Source: a virus
Taxonomy: Duplodnaviria; Caudoviricetes
Reading direction: 5' to 3' (one strand)
Virus record (IMG/VR): IMGVR_UViG_3300016472_000018
Span: 1 to 36,245 of that record
Length of the DNA stretch: 36,245 nucleotides
Shown here: positions 17,362 to 27,500 of the stretch, one piece after another
How positions within the stretch are numbered: the first letter of the stretch is position 1
How the letters are laid out: each line of letters starts with the position of its first letter
Position numbers and translations under genes: made by a program
Notes under the pieces: model-generated
What the model was told of the DNA's origin: nothing
Databases searched by the model: none
What the model saw: only the letters and a program-made list of their open reading frames with translations

Positions 17362-20300
17362 TTATGATGTCTTAAATGCTTTTAGTTCATTCTCCAAAGA
17401 TTCTACCTTAGCCGAAAGTTCTTGTATAGCCTTAACTAGAATCGGAATGTACGAAGGATAGTGAATTGTATCGTGACCAACAATGCCAGCAGATTCTGCC
17501 TTGGGATCGTGCATGACAAGTGACGTTCCATCTCCCGTAAGCGGCCAAATGTCATCGGAACAAAATCCAAAGCCTCTTAGAGACGGATCTTGTTTTAATC
17601 TGAATGTTTTGGGCTGTAACGATTTAACAAACGAAAGCCCAAAATCTATTGGCTCGATATCTTGCTTGATTCTTCGGTCGGATGGAGATGTTGTTTGAAT
17701 TGTAAAAGTTACAGTAGATCCAGATCCTGACGTTCCAACATAAGCACCTACAATTCCTGTAGATGTGCTTCCAAGAAAACTTAATTCTCTGCTTGTAGTA
17801 ACAGTTGCTTGCCCAGAGTTTGTATTGGCGAACGTTAGTAGATTTGAATACCAACCAGTGGCTGAACCATCATAAATCAACGCTCCGACCGATGGAGCCG
17901 AAGAGGATAATCGCGCCGCCGGTAATACACCAGAGGAAATGTTTGCGGCATTTGTTGTGTCTGTTGTTGCCGAGGTGGCAAGACCTGATACTTTGCTACT
18001 TGCAAGCGAACTTATCCAAGTTGGGTTTGAATAAGTACCATTTGTATAAACACCATTAGTTACAGTGCCAGCATTTCCACTGATGTTAATGCTCCAGGTT
18101 CCGCTGGCATTAGCTCCAGTTGTGCTTGGTGCTCCAACCGTGTTGTAACTAATCGTGATCGCAGCGGATCCGTTATACGTTGACCCAGAAGCTGCCCCTG
18201 AACCACTATTGTTGATCGTCAGCGAATTTGCCACGACCGCTGTTGGTGTAGCCCATGAGCCGTCACCGCTCAAAAATTGAGTGGTTGATCCGGTAAATGC
18301 TTGAAACGTATAGCTTCCATATCTAATGGTTCCGGAGGTAATGTTAATTGCATAATTAGGGTCACAAAATAAAACCTCTAATGATCCAGAACTGCCGCCA
18401 TAAAAGCGACCGCCAGAAATTGTTGAACCGTATTTATATCCAATATTTCCACCGTAAAATGGCGGGAATAGACCACCTGTACCGCGAATGCTGCCCATGG
18501 CGCCAGATCTAAATTCAATCCCGCCAAGAGTGTCCCATGTTCCTAATGTTCCGCTTACGCCTACCGCATCGGATGTTTGTACTTCTATACCTTCTGCGGT
18601 GTAATTTGAGGATGCTGATACATTCGGCAATGTAATTAAAACAGCGTCAGCAAAAGTTCCAAAGATCGGGCTTGCAACAAGTTGGGGATTTAGCGTTATC
18701 AATGGATCTGTATCTAAACCAGTGCCACCAAAATATCCCAGTAATTGATTTGCGGAATTGTAGACAGCCACTTTATTAGCAGCCGTTTTATTGATTTCAA
18801 TACGTTGTGCGCCGCTTGCACCGGTTACTAGTTCGCCTCGCAAGTAAGCCGCATTGGCATAAAGATTCCCCGTTGGCTGATCTAAATACCATCCTGCGGT
18901 TCCAAAGTTTGCCGTTGTCGGCGGGTTTGGACCGTTGTAATTGTCCGATCTGATGCTTTGAAAGATTGATGCGGCGATTGGCCCTGTCCACGCCGTTGAG
19001 TTAGCCGGTACACCATCGACCGTCACTACATTGGCGTTATATCGTCCCTGTATGTACCAAAGAACTTGCCCAATGGAAACCGCAGGAGCTGTTGAAGACC
19101 ATCCAGCGGGAACCGCTGACCCTGATGTTGGTGTTGTGAATGTTGGCGCAGCGTCTGATTGTGATTGCACTAAATAAGCATTGATAAAGGCTATTCCAAC
19201 AAGCCCCGCGCTGCCAGTAGGGCCACCCCCTCCGGTGGGGCCAGTTCCTCCGGTGGGGCCAGCGCTTCCGGTCGGGCCGGTCGGTCCGGCTCCCGCTGTT
19301 GGATTCCAAACTAGTGCTGTAGAAATTGACGAAATAACCGATGCCGCTTCATTCCCAACCACAAACCCAAAATAATATGTTGCCGCTGCTAACGAAATAT
19401 TCGTAAATTTGAAGGTCGAGCCATTGGTAAATGTTTGCCCGTTGATTCTTTTTTCGCTGCCCCAGACTTTCCAATCCGTAGCCGCTGGACTAGCCACCGT
19501 TGTGTAATACAACGTAATGAAATTCAGTCTCCCAACAGATGGCATTGTGCATGTTGCCGAAAATGTCGGAGGAGCTGCTGATGGAGTAATATCACCAATT
19601 ACAGGGGCATTCGCGGCTGATATATATCCAGCAGATGGTAGCCCCGAGTTAGGCGCAGCAGAAAATGCCGTAATGCTTGCATCGTCATAAACTTGAGAGT
19701 TGTATTCAGATAATTCTAAACTTGCGCCTAAATTACCATCGCTTACAGTCGCCTCAGATACTTTCATGACTCGGAACAGTTTATTTGTCCAGCCATAATC
19801 TGCATTTGTAATATCTACAACATCTCCAGCGTCAACCTGAATGCCTGGATAAGTAGAAGTGATCGTGACAATCAAATCTTCTCTTGCCTGCTCTAGTCGT
19901 CTGTTTCCAAGATACTGAGCCTGCACAGAATCGTTTGTGAACTCTAATGTTGTTGTCTGTCTGTTTGCTGGCTCATTCGGATATAACAAGCCAGCAGGAG
20001 TTTCCATATAAACAAGATCCGGCTGATCTCGATTTAGTTTGGAAGGAAACTCAATTTGTATTTGGTTGATTTGCTGATTGATATCTGTGGCCGAAACTCT
20101 GATTTCGCCAATAAGGTTTGAATCATTAAATGAAAACGTCGAGCTTTCTGCTTTATTGATGACAATCGACCAGAGACCTGAAGCCGCGTTGTATGCCATC
20201 CAAGAATCTGAACACTCCAACATCTTTTCGACGTTCTCTAATACTGTTTTCCCAGTATCAACAACGCCGTTTATTCTGTATCTTGCTTGTGTGGCCGATC

Positions 20301-21147
20301 CACCTCCTGACGGTGTGTAAGTAATGGTTTGATCCGAATATGTATTAAGAGCGGTTGCGCTCGTAGAGTCCACTAGCCCCGTCATGCCAGCGCCATAACG
20401 GGTATCTGTCATGTAGTCGTACCAGACATCTCCAGGTTTTGCTACAGCACCACCTTTTGGATAATGCTTGCAATAAAACGTAATCGGCTGAAGTCCTGTT
20501 GTTCCTGCGTCAGCGTTGTAATTGAGCTTGACGATTGCAAATGCCAAGCCATTCATCTGCCTGCCTGATGCAGGCCAACGTAGTGCAGCATCAATATCTG
20601 CGCCGCCCATAAATACATTAGGCGCAGTTCCATTTACTGACGTAATTACACCCGCGTTTGTTGAAGTGTAAAGACTGATGTACAGATTGCCGGAGATTTT
20701 GTCATCAACATTTGGAGGGGTATCCCCGTCAGTCAAAGACACTACTTTAGTCTGATCGGTTCCATCAAAAGTCACTAAGCGGTCGCCGTAGTAAAACTTC
20801 GTCAGGTCGTAAGTAAATGTCGCGCTTGCATCCGACGATATAGAACTGATGGCTAAAACGTAATACATCGTCTTTTGATCGGTGGAAAGAACCGCATCGA
20901 CAAACACTCCACCTAGCCAAGCATCACCGTAGACCACGGGAATAGAATTATTGTTGGCAGGAGGAATTTGTTGCCTTGCTCCTGTGTCCTGAGCTTCAGA
21001 GGGTTTAGATCCAAAAGCTCTTGTCACAACATAAGAGACAGCAAAGTTAATAGCAAACGTAGCCGCAGCTAATCCAATTGATCCTAATGCAGTCGCCGCG
21101 GCCGCAGCTGACCCATACATTGCACTTAAAACAATCGATGCTGGCAT
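17362..21147 (-). CDS. tail tip/central fibre (J-like) with C-terminal intramolecular chaperone (S74)
   Basis: SIPVVYG, phage tail 3-like region, short collagen stretch, SDRRIKQDI...Y..YIPILVKAIQEL. Confidence 0.9.
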   Translation of the reverse strand: MPASIVLSAMYGSAAAAATALGSIGLAAATFAINFAVSYVVTRAFGSKPSEAQDTGARQQIPPANNNSIPVVYGDAWLGGVFVDAVLSTDQKTMYYVLAISSISSDASATFTYDLTKFYYGDRLVTFDGTDQTKVVSLTDGDTPPNVDDKISGNLYISLYTSTNAGVITSVNGTAPNVFMGGADIDAALRWPASGRQMNGLAFAIVKLNYNADAGTTGLQPITFYCKHYPKGGAVAKPGDVWYDYMTDTRYGAGMTGLVDSTSATALNTYSDQTITYTPSGGGSATQARYRINGVVDTGKTVLENVEKMLECSDSWMAYNAASGLWSIVINKAESSTFSFNDSNLIGEIRVSATDINQQINQIQIEFPSKLNRDQPDLVYMETPAGLLYPNEPANRQTTTLEFTNDSVQAQYLGNRRLEQAREDLIVTITSTYPGIQVDAGDVVDITNADYGWTNKLFRVMKVSEATVSDGNLGASLELSEYNSQVYDDASITAFSAAPNSGLPSAGYISAANAPVIGDITPSAAPPTFSATCTMPSVGRLNFITLYYTTVASPAATDWKVWGSEKRINGQTFTNGSTFKFTNISLAAATYYFGFVVGNEAASVISSISTALVWNPTAGAGPTGPTGSAGPTGGTGPTGGGGPTGSAGLVGIAFINAYLVQSQSDAAPTFTTPTSGSAVPAGWSSTAPAVSIGQVLWYIQGRYNANVVTVDGVPANSTAWTGPIAASIFQSIRSDNYNGPNPPTTANFGTAGWYLDQPTGNLYANAAYLRGELVTGASGAQRIEINKTAANKVAVYNSANQLLGYFGGTGLDTDPLITLNPQLVASPIFGTFADAVLITLPNVSASSNYTAEGIEVQTSDAVGVSGTLGTWDTLGGIEFRSGAMGSIRGTGGLFPPFYGGNIGYKYGSTISGGRFYGGSSGSLEVLFCDPNYAINITSGTIRYGSYTFQAFTGSTTQFLSGDGSWATPTAVVANSLTINNSGSGAASGSTYNGSAAITISYNTVGAPSTTGANASGTWSINISGNAGTVTNGVYTNGTYSNPTWISSLASSKVSGLATSATTDTTNAANISSGVLPAARLSSSAPSVGALIYDGSATGWYSNLLTFANTNSGQATVTTSRELSFLGSTSTGIVGAYVGTSGSGSTVTFTIQTTSPSDRRIKQDIEPIDFGLSFVKSLQPKTFRLKQDPSLRGFGFCSDDIWPLTGDGTSLVMHDPKAESAGIVGHDTIHYPSYIPILVKAIQELSAKVESLENELKAFKTS

Positions 21148-21150
21148 GAT

Positions 21151-21588
21151 TTACTCTCGAAAGAATGTCGCCTGTAATGGCTTGAATTTGTATCTCGTGT
21201 AATCTATTTCGGGGCTGGCTGGCATGAGACTTGTACACACAATGTGCACACGTTTTTGATCTAGCATATATTGAGCCAGTTGGTTAAACCTTAACCAAAG
21301 CCTGCCGCCAATACTTGAGCTTCTGTACTCTGGCATGACCCACCATGCTACTTCGTGCAATTCTCGAACGTCTCGATTCCAAAAGTTTCCTGAGACATAA
21401 GCCGCTAAAAATCCACGAAGATTGTCATCGACAAGAACAAATCCTCTGCCGTGAATCATTTGGTCGAAAAGCATTTTTACTTGTTCTTCATTTTGCTTTT
21501 CTTGCAAAATCTTAACGCCAGATTCCTGGGCATAACAACGCATCATCTCTAACAGATGCGGTATGTCGTATTTTGTAGCTTCTCTCAA
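21151..21588 (-). CDS. GNAT-fold protein in tail module
   Basis: REAT..DIP, E.AWWVMPEYRSSSIGGRL acetyl-CoA motif A-like. Confidence 0.75.
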   Translation of the reverse strand: MREATKYDIPHLLEMMRCYAQESGVKILQEKQNEEQVKMLFDQMIHGRGFVLVDDNLRGFLAAYVSGNFWNRDVRELHEVAWWVMPEYRSSSIGGRLWLRFNQLAQYMLDQKRVHIVCTSLMPASPEIDYTRYKFKPLQATFFRE

Positions 21589-22244
21589 CCTCCTCCTCCA
21601 CCAGATAAAAGCTCGCCACCGCTCACATCGGTTACGGTTCCAGGATCGGACTGAGAACCAGATTTAGGTGGAGCGCCGAAATCAAAGTATTGACCAGCAA
21701 TAGCCGCAACTCTGCTCATGCTTGTGTCTGCCGGATATCGTTGCTGCCACGTTGTGAGATTGGTTTTTATTCCTGCTATTCGATTCTCTAAGATCGCTCG
21801 GAAAGAAGAGCATGAAATTGAACAAGTCGCCGTTCTGCTTCTTGCATTCTCATCCCAATCTTCCGTGATGGATATGTTGGAAACAATGCCCTGATAGCGT
21901 TTAAAGAATTGCGTAGACGGGCTTGTGATGATTTGATAATTAGAGTCAAAAAATCCTCGCCAAATCTCGACCGTCGATCCTTTTATGTTAGAGCCTAAAA
22001 CTAAGGAAATATTTGTAGGATCAATTCCTATTAAGGTAATCACCATGTCGGATGAAGTCGCCTTAATCTCCCTATTCACCGCGCCAACAGACAAAAGACT
22101 TCCCAGGCTTGTAAATGTATTCCCGCCCACCGTAATCGCAGCGGCAGCATTGCAAAATGTGTAAGTTGATGTTGAAGTTGTTAGCTTTACAAATTCGCCG
22201 TGGGTAATGCTTGCGCTAGAAAGCGCTGTCATTGGTGTTGTCAT
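21585..22244 (-). CDS. minor tail / hub protein (L-like, DUF2163-like)
   Basis: Position after the distal tail gene; VEIWRGFFD, QQRYPAD.S motif. Confidence 0.7.
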   Translation of the reverse strand: MTTPMTALSSASITHGEFVKLTTSTSTYTFCNAAAAITVGGNTFTSLGSLLSVGAVNREIKATSSDMVITLIGIDPTNISLVLGSNIKGSTVEIWRGFFDSNYQIITSPSTQFFKRYQGIVSNISITEDWDENARSRTATCSISCSSFRAILENRIAGIKTNLTTWQQRYPADTSMSRVAAIAGQYFDFGAPPKSGSQSDPGTVTDVSGGELLSGGGGG

Positions 22245-22888
22245 TGCACATTCTCACGAAAGACAAAATCTGCATCCCAATCGACAAAAGCGCCATTTGT
22301 CATGGGTTTTAGTGTGTAAGTCGGGCAAGTTTCAGCAACCACAGAGAACGTGCAAGAAGCGCCCACAGCCGTTAATGTTCCCGCAGACGGTGTACCTATT
22401 ACCGGCCTGTGAATCGTGACGCTGACGGTTGATCCTGAGCCTCTAAGAACCTGTGTGGTCACTTTATAGGGATAGTTTCCTAGTTGAATAAAATCGCCAG
22501 CCGTAAACACCACAGTTGAGCTTGCAACAGAAGGAAGGTTGCCTACAGAAATGGTGGTGGCGTTTGCTGCCGGAGCACTAGCTAATGTCAAAGCGGATGC
22601 CTGACCAGAAGTAAGACTGCCCTTGTATTCGGTAAACCACTGAAGTTCAGTTGTGTTAAATGTAATCGTCGCCGCGGTTTGTCTGTCTAGATTGTCAATC
22701 GTTTGGATGACATCCCTAACTTGAGGATAGTAAAGAAACGCGTGCGGCTTTACAGTAAACACCCAAGGAACAGCAGTTACATACTGCGCCGTTCTTACTT
22801 GTCCTGATCTTGAGTATTGCTGCCCAACCATCCTTCGGTTATTGACCGAAATAGATTGTGAGATATTTAGGATGGTCTGGAAGCTCAT
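22241..22888 (-). CDS. distal tail protein (putative)
   Basis: Directly after the tape measure; GDFIQLG...VTIHRP; ends FRENV. Confidence 0.7.
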   Translation of the reverse strand: MSFQTILNISQSISVNNRRMVGQQYSRSGQVRTAQYVTAVPWVFTVKPHAFLYYPQVRDVIQTIDNLDRQTAATITFNTTELQWFTEYKGSLTSGQASALTLASAPAANATTISVGNLPSVASSTVVFTAGDFIQLGNYPYKVTTQVLRGSGSTVSVTIHRPVIGTPSAGTLTAVGASCTFSVVAETCPTYTLKPMTNGAFVDWDADFVFRENVQ

Positions 22889-24618
22889 GCTCGACCTCTA
22901 GGTGATAGTGACTTTTGCGCGTAAGAATTGGCAGCCCAAACCGCTCGATTGCTGCCCATCAGCCGATCCTCAAATGATTTAACGTCAATGGCTTGGATGT
23001 TGTAATTGTTGACTGTAGAAGCGCCGCCCATAGCGTAGTTAGGAACTACTTGACCAGACATATTTGGCACAAACAACTCCGGCCCTCTCTCCCCGACAAT
23101 ATACGGACTTCCCGAGTTGACCGGACCGCCCCCAGCGCGTGGACTAAATAAACTTCCAATCACTGGCAAGCCTGAAGCAAAGTTTTCAAACAAAGATGGC
23201 GCACCCTTCATGCTTGGCTGAAAGATTGCATCTAAGAATTTATCTAAGGAACGCGAGGCTAGCTTTTGCAATAGCGCCGACAGTGCTGATTTAAAAGCAT
23301 CAGCAGCAGATTTGCCTTGCATAAAAGCATCCACAATTGTCGTGCCTAGCGACTTGTATCCATCTCGCAGATCTTCTAAAAGCTGAGTCTGTTCGTCCTT
23401 TTCTTTTTTAGTCAGATCCATGTCTGCCAATTCTTTATTAGCGGCTATTTCCGCTTGCGTCATTGTGTCTAAAAACACTTGCTGACGCTCTTTTTCTAAT
23501 TCAATTTCTTTTTCATAATCCTTTACGATTTGATCGTGCCGCATCCGTCTCAAATCATCCATCGCGCCCAATTCTTGCGAGGCTTCCCGCGACAATCGTT
23601 GAAGTTCTTCTTGCTGCTCCGCTTCTTCACGACGCAGTTTTATGATTTCCTCTATCTTTGCAACGCCAGCTTTGCCGCCTTGTTTTGCGGCTTCAAATCT
23701 CAATGCCGCTTCTTCGCCCTCTCTAAGTTTGAGAATCTGAGCATCTAAGCCTTCCAAATAAGATTTAAGCGCTTTTGCCGCCGAATCTGCGCCTGTGTCT
23801 TTTACAGGCTTAACCCTGGTTCCAGACTGTCTTCCACCTTGGGTAACTCCAACAATTGGAGCAGGAGCGGCAGGCTCAGGAGCAAAACCTAAAAATTCTT
23901 TGACGCTATCCCATGCGTTTCTTGCTTTGCCAACTAAACTTAAAAAACCAACCTTCGCTTTCGACACCATAATATCTATGGCATCCCCAATGTCTCCAAT
24001 AGTCTCAACGCCGCGCTTTGCCTCGCCGTTAAATTTATCTGTGTTTCGTGAAAGTTGGTCTATCTTAGATATATCAATGTTTGCAAACTGTTTGCCAAAC
24101 AATTGAACCTGTAATCTTGCTCTTTCTGCCCCCGCGCTCATTCCGGAAAGAGCGGCTGTCAAATCTCTAAAAATATCAATCTCAGGACGAAGCATCCCGC
24201 CAGCATCAGCAATACTGACACCCAATTGCTTAAATAACTCTGCTTGTTCTTTTTCGCCCTCGGCTGCCGACCCTAACGTGGTCGAAAACCTATCCCACAT
24301 TTGCGCCGCATTATCTGCTTCTTTGCCAGCCATCACCATCGCAGATTGCAGCGCAAGAACTTCTTGAATTGCCAATCCGGAGCCTTCGGCAAAGTCATTT
24401 ACCGCATCAGCAGATTTGAAGATTGATGCTGCAAAAGCTGTGGCAGCGCCAGCGGCTAACAACAATGGGCTACGCAAGGCTCCAACAGCAGATCCTAAGA
24501 CATCAACTGAAACCTTAAGTTCTCGGGTTTTTTGCTTTGCCCTGTCGACTTCCTGGACAAATTGTGCGCTCTCTAAACCAAGAGCAACTTGTAGAGCTGC
24601 AATAAGTTTACCGGCCAC
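22885..24618 (-). CDS. tail tape measure protein
   Basis: LQVALGLESAQF N-terminus, helical Ala-rich body, RAGGGPV...YIVGERGPELFVP; probable GTG start at 24618. Confidence 0.92.
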   Translation of the reverse strand: MAGKLIAALQVALGLESAQFVQEVDRAKQKTRELKVSVDVLGSAVGALRSPLLLAAGAATAFAASIFKSADAVNDFAEGSGLAIQEVLALQSAMVMAGKEADNAAQMWDRFSTTLGSAAEGEKEQAELFKQLGVSIADAGGMLRPEIDIFRDLTAALSGMSAGAERARLQVQLFGKQFANIDISKIDQLSRNTDKFNGEAKRGVETIGDIGDAIDIMVSKAKVGFLSLVGKARNAWDSVKEFLGFAPEPAAPAPIVGVTQGGRQSGTRVKPVKDTGADSAAKALKSYLEGLDAQILKLREGEEAALRFEAAKQGGKAGVAKIEEIIKLRREEAEQQEELQRLSREASQELGAMDDLRRMRHDQIVKDYEKEIELEKERQQVFLDTMTQAEIAANKELADMDLTKKEKDEQTQLLEDLRDGYKSLGTTIVDAFMQGKSAADAFKSALSALLQKLASRSLDKFLDAIFQPSMKGAPSLFENFASGLPVIGSLFSPRAGGGPVNSGSPYIVGERGPELFVPNMSGQVVPNYAMGGASTVNNYNIQAIDVKSFEDRLMGSNRAVWAANSYAQKSLSPRGRA

Positions 24619-24960
24619 GATTCCCCCCAAGAATGTCTAAAAACTCTGATTTGAATCCTGGCAATGAAGTAAATGCCACGAAATCACGTTCTTGTTTTGT
24701 CATGTAATTTGGAGGAACAAAATACGCCTCCAAGTGCGGGAAAAATTCGCGGCTTTTCATTGGACTCTTAGACAATGCGTTATAAACGATTGCCATCAGA
24801 TGCGAGATCAACATTAAATTATGTCTCGCTCCAATCATGCCATCTCGATACATCAATTCTAACTCTCGGACGGTCGTTACATCAAGGCTATCAAATGCTT
24901 GAGGGCTTTGGCCGTTGAAAATTGATGCAGCCCTCACCTGACGATATAACGACCCCTTTA
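24608..24960 (-). CDS. tail assembly chaperone, frameshift extension (gpT-like)
   Basis: -1 frame open from the slippery site: KLKGSLYRQVRAASIFNG... Confidence 0.8.
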
Positions 24961-25425
24961 GTTTTTTTCGACGGCCTCGTAATCAGGATTAACGGCTTTC
25001 TGAATAAGATCTATCAAATACTTGATCTGCGCCTCAGAAAAAGTCTCGGATATTTCTTCATAGGAAAGCGCCAGCATTTCATCACCTTCTTGAAACCCAA
25101 CAAGGTTAATGAGAGCAATTTCTTGCATGATTGACTGAGCTTTAAATCTTGCCGCTTCCTTTAAACTTCTACCCTCCACGACAATATCGCCCTCTTCAAA
25201 TTCGACATCTACCTTTTGATTTATTCTGTATAGCTTTTCAAATGTCTGAGTTAGTTTGTCGTATTCTTGATCTATTAACGCATCTGGTGGGTTCTTAATC
25301 TTTTCTTCTAACCCCAACATTTCTTTTCGAGTTGGCAGATATACCTGTAATTTATGACCGGCAAAATCTATTTCAGCGTGAGTTTGCCGTTGAAACGACT
25401 TTCCAAATCTATTTTGTAATTTCAT
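24958..25425 (-). CDS. tail assembly chaperone (gpG-like)
   Basis: Between the tail genes and TMP; ends GAA AAA AAC TAA. Confidence 0.8.
   Translation of the reverse strand: MKLQNRFGKSFQRQTHAEIDFAGHKLQVYLPTRKEMLGLEEKIKNPPDALIDQEYDKLTQTFEKLYRINQKVDVEFEEGDIVVEGRSLKEAARFKAQSIMQEIALINLVGFQEGDEMLALSYEEISETFSEAQIKYLIDLIQKAVNPDYEAVEKN
24961..24967 (-). promoter_or_regulatory. -1 programmed frameshift site A AAA AAC
   Basis: X XXY YYZ heptamer just before the stop; -1 frame joins the downstream ORF. Confidence 0.8.
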
Positions 25426-25898
25426 TTTCTAGCCTTTGCTCTTTGTTTTGCCGCCCACAAATCCATGTGAGCACTCATAAGAGCGCCCAAACGATCTAAA
25501 GCGGATGTCGCCATTGATTGAAAAGAATTTCTGATAAATGGTCTTGCTGGTTGTTCAGCAGTGCCAAATTCTATTGCTTCGGCGGCAGGACGATATTCGC
25601 CCTTCTCGTCTCGATAGCCAACGCCGACATCGACAAAACCAAAAGCCACGGTATCTCGGCTCAGATACTTTTTGTTTTTGTCTTTGCGGGTTGCTACTTT
25701 TGCGCCGTTCCTAACTTTTAACTGGAGCTTGCCAGTGTCGACAGGAACCCTTCCCTTAATCGCCGCCTTAACGGGTTCCATTGCGGACTTAAGACCGGGG
25801 AGCAAGGAGCGTCGTGCTTTTGTAGTGCCAAATTCCTCGGCTAGCAACAAAAGAGAGTCTTCAAATTGCTTGAATCCCTTGGCCTCAAGTTTGCCCAT
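25422..25898 (-). CDS. HK97 gp10-family tail completion protein
   Basis: VPVDTGKLQ...EFGTAEQPARPFIR. Confidence 0.9.
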   Translation of the reverse strand: MGKLEAKGFKQFEDSLLLLAEEFGTTKARRSLLPGLKSAMEPVKAAIKGRVPVDTGKLQLKVRNGAKVATRKDKNKKYLSRDTVAFGFVDVGVGYRDEKGEYRPAAEAIEFGTAEQPARPFIRNSFQSMATSALDRLGALMSAHMDLWAAKQRAKARK

Positions 25899-26109
25899 TA
25901 GTGACAATACGCTTAAATATTTGGTCGTTTAGTCTCAAAACATAATCAACAATCTCATCCGGAGACATACAGTCAGCGTGATGCGTCGCGATCTGATGAC
26001 ATAAAGCAATGTTGATGAGCCGTTGTTGAGGATACCCAAACCAGTTCTTAGCACCGCTCTGGGCTTGGCCGATCAGATAACTCAGCAGATCTTCACTCGC
26101 TCGCTGCAT
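25885..26109 (-). CDS. hypothetical protein
   Basis: GAGG SD; overlaps neighbours. Confidence 0.7.
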   Translation of the reverse strand: MQRASEDLLSYLIGQAQSGAKNWFGYPQQRLINIALCHQIATHHADCMSPDEIVDYVLRLNDQIFKRIVTNGQT

Positions 26110-26257
26110 ATTGCCTCATGATTTCCAAGCACACTGCATCTGCGGCTTCGGCTTCCGATAAGGCGGCATCCACCTCTTGAAGGGTAAAGGGATGCCCTTT
26201 AGCGTATTGATGAAGATCGCCATAGTATCCCTTCATGCCCTCAAGAAACTCAGACAT
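26093..26257 (-). CDS. small acidic hypothetical protein, 54 aa (MSEFLEGMKGYYGDLHQY...)
   Basis: Translated by hand; fills the gap after the major tail gene and overlaps its stop. Confidence 0.6.
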   Translation of the reverse strand: MSEFLEGMKGYYGDLHQYAKGHPFTLQEVDAALSEAEAADAVCLEIMRQYAASE

Positions 26258-26744
26258 TGTTTGACCATCCATATTGGTTGCCCCTCGGATGAATGGTAAA
26301 TGTTACCTGAGCCTCAGCACCTGGAGCAGGATCAATTGTCCACTGACTTACGCGACCGTTGAAAGCGTAATAGACAATGTTTGTGCCGTCCGTTGCTGCG
26401 ATAACAAACGTGCGATCAATCGTACCGTTGTAAGCATCGCCGCGGAGTAAAAGGAGAACCGTATCTGACGGATTCCATGCCGCTACACATGTCAAAGACG
26501 TTGGAGCAGATTGAACGGGGATTTTGTCGGATTGACGCGAACCAGCAACAGAAAAGTTTGCAACTGCATCATCTTGTCCAAAAGAAGGGATCGCCTCTAC
26601 AGGAACAAGATTTGCCGAAACCGCAATCGCGGAAACGCTTGCAACAACTGACAGGTTTGCAGTTGTCAGCGGAGTTGGTGTAGCAGTTGGTTGGCAATAC
26701 AGCGAGGCTGAAAAGCCAGGTAATACTTTAGTTGGAAGAGCCAT
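26250..26744 (-). CDS. major tail tube protein
   Basis: Position; YYAFNGRVS...VTFTI beta-rich tube pattern; GAGGTG SD. Confidence 0.8.
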   Translation of the reverse strand: MALPTKVLPGFSASLYCQPTATPTPLTTANLSVVASVSAIAVSANLVPVEAIPSFGQDDAVANFSVAGSRQSDKIPVQSAPTSLTCVAAWNPSDTVLLLLRGDAYNGTIDRTFVIAATDGTNIVYYAFNGRVSQWTIDPAPGAEAQVTFTIHPRGNQYGWSNNV

Positions 26745-26752
26745 TTTTCACC

Positions 26753-27157
26753 TCACGCAGGAATGTCTAAAGTGCAATCAAGAACGATTTGATGTAACTT
26801 ACTGTCATTATCGTATGTGTGGAAAAGCCAATCAACATCGACTTTTGACACAAAAAATAAACTGCCAAATGTTCCTTGGTATCCGTGTAAAGCATTCACA
26901 ATTTGTTGAGCTTTACTAAAACAATTTGCCATTAACTGTGCAAAAACCGTAGCCTGAAACACCGGCCGATCTATACCCTTCACCGATTGCGGCCCTGTAT
27001 AAACCGGCTGATGCACATCTCTAAGCTGCCAAGTTACAAAAGTCGGTTCGCTTGCAAAGTTACGGTTGAAAACTGCATAAACTGGAGTCGGCGTACAAAC
27101 TGTGACTAATTGCGCTTGTATTGCTTGAGCATACGTTACCGCGCTATTTTGCCCCAT
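26753..27157 (-). CDS. tail terminator (DUF3168-like)
   Basis: PTPVY...P.FVTW...FQATVF; canonical position. Confidence 0.75.
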   Translation of the reverse strand: MGQNSAVTYAQAIQAQLVTVCTPTPVYAVFNRNFASEPTFVTWQLRDVHQPVYTGPQSVKGIDRPVFQATVFAQLMANCFSKAQQIVNALHGYQGTFGSLFFVSKVDVDWLFHTYDNDSKLHQIVLDCTLDIPA

Positions 27158-27158
27158 C

Positions 27159-27500
27159 TTAGACCGCCACGCTAGGTTCGTTTCTGTAACACATCAGCGA
27201 GACCCATTGTCTGTCATCGTGCTCGTAAACCTCTGCGATTCGCCAACTGTTTCCTCTAAATGTAATTGAGTAATCTTCTTGATTGTCCGAGATCGTACGC
27301 ATATTTGGCGTGTAGTTCACAATAAAGTCCATCATATTGTCGTATTGCCTGAACTTTTCTAATGTACGAATCCGATTGTGAACTGACTTGGTTTTTGCTC
27401 GCGTCTTGAACCAAAGCGTCTCTGTCGTCGTTTGCTCACCTAAATTTGTGGTGGTGAACGACAGGTTATTGATGCTTATCTCATCGACGCGTAAAACCAT
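27159..27500 (-). CDS. head closure protein (SPP1 gp16/HK97 gp7-like)
   Basis: TNLGEQ...W..T.A...I.FRG..WRI..V; position. Confidence 0.8.
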   Translation of the reverse strand: MVLRVDEISINNLSFTTTNLGEQTTTETLWFKTRAKTKSVHNRIRTLEKFRQYDNMMDFIVNYTPNMRTISDNQEDYSITFRGNSWRIAEVYEHDDRQWVSLMCYRNEPSVAV

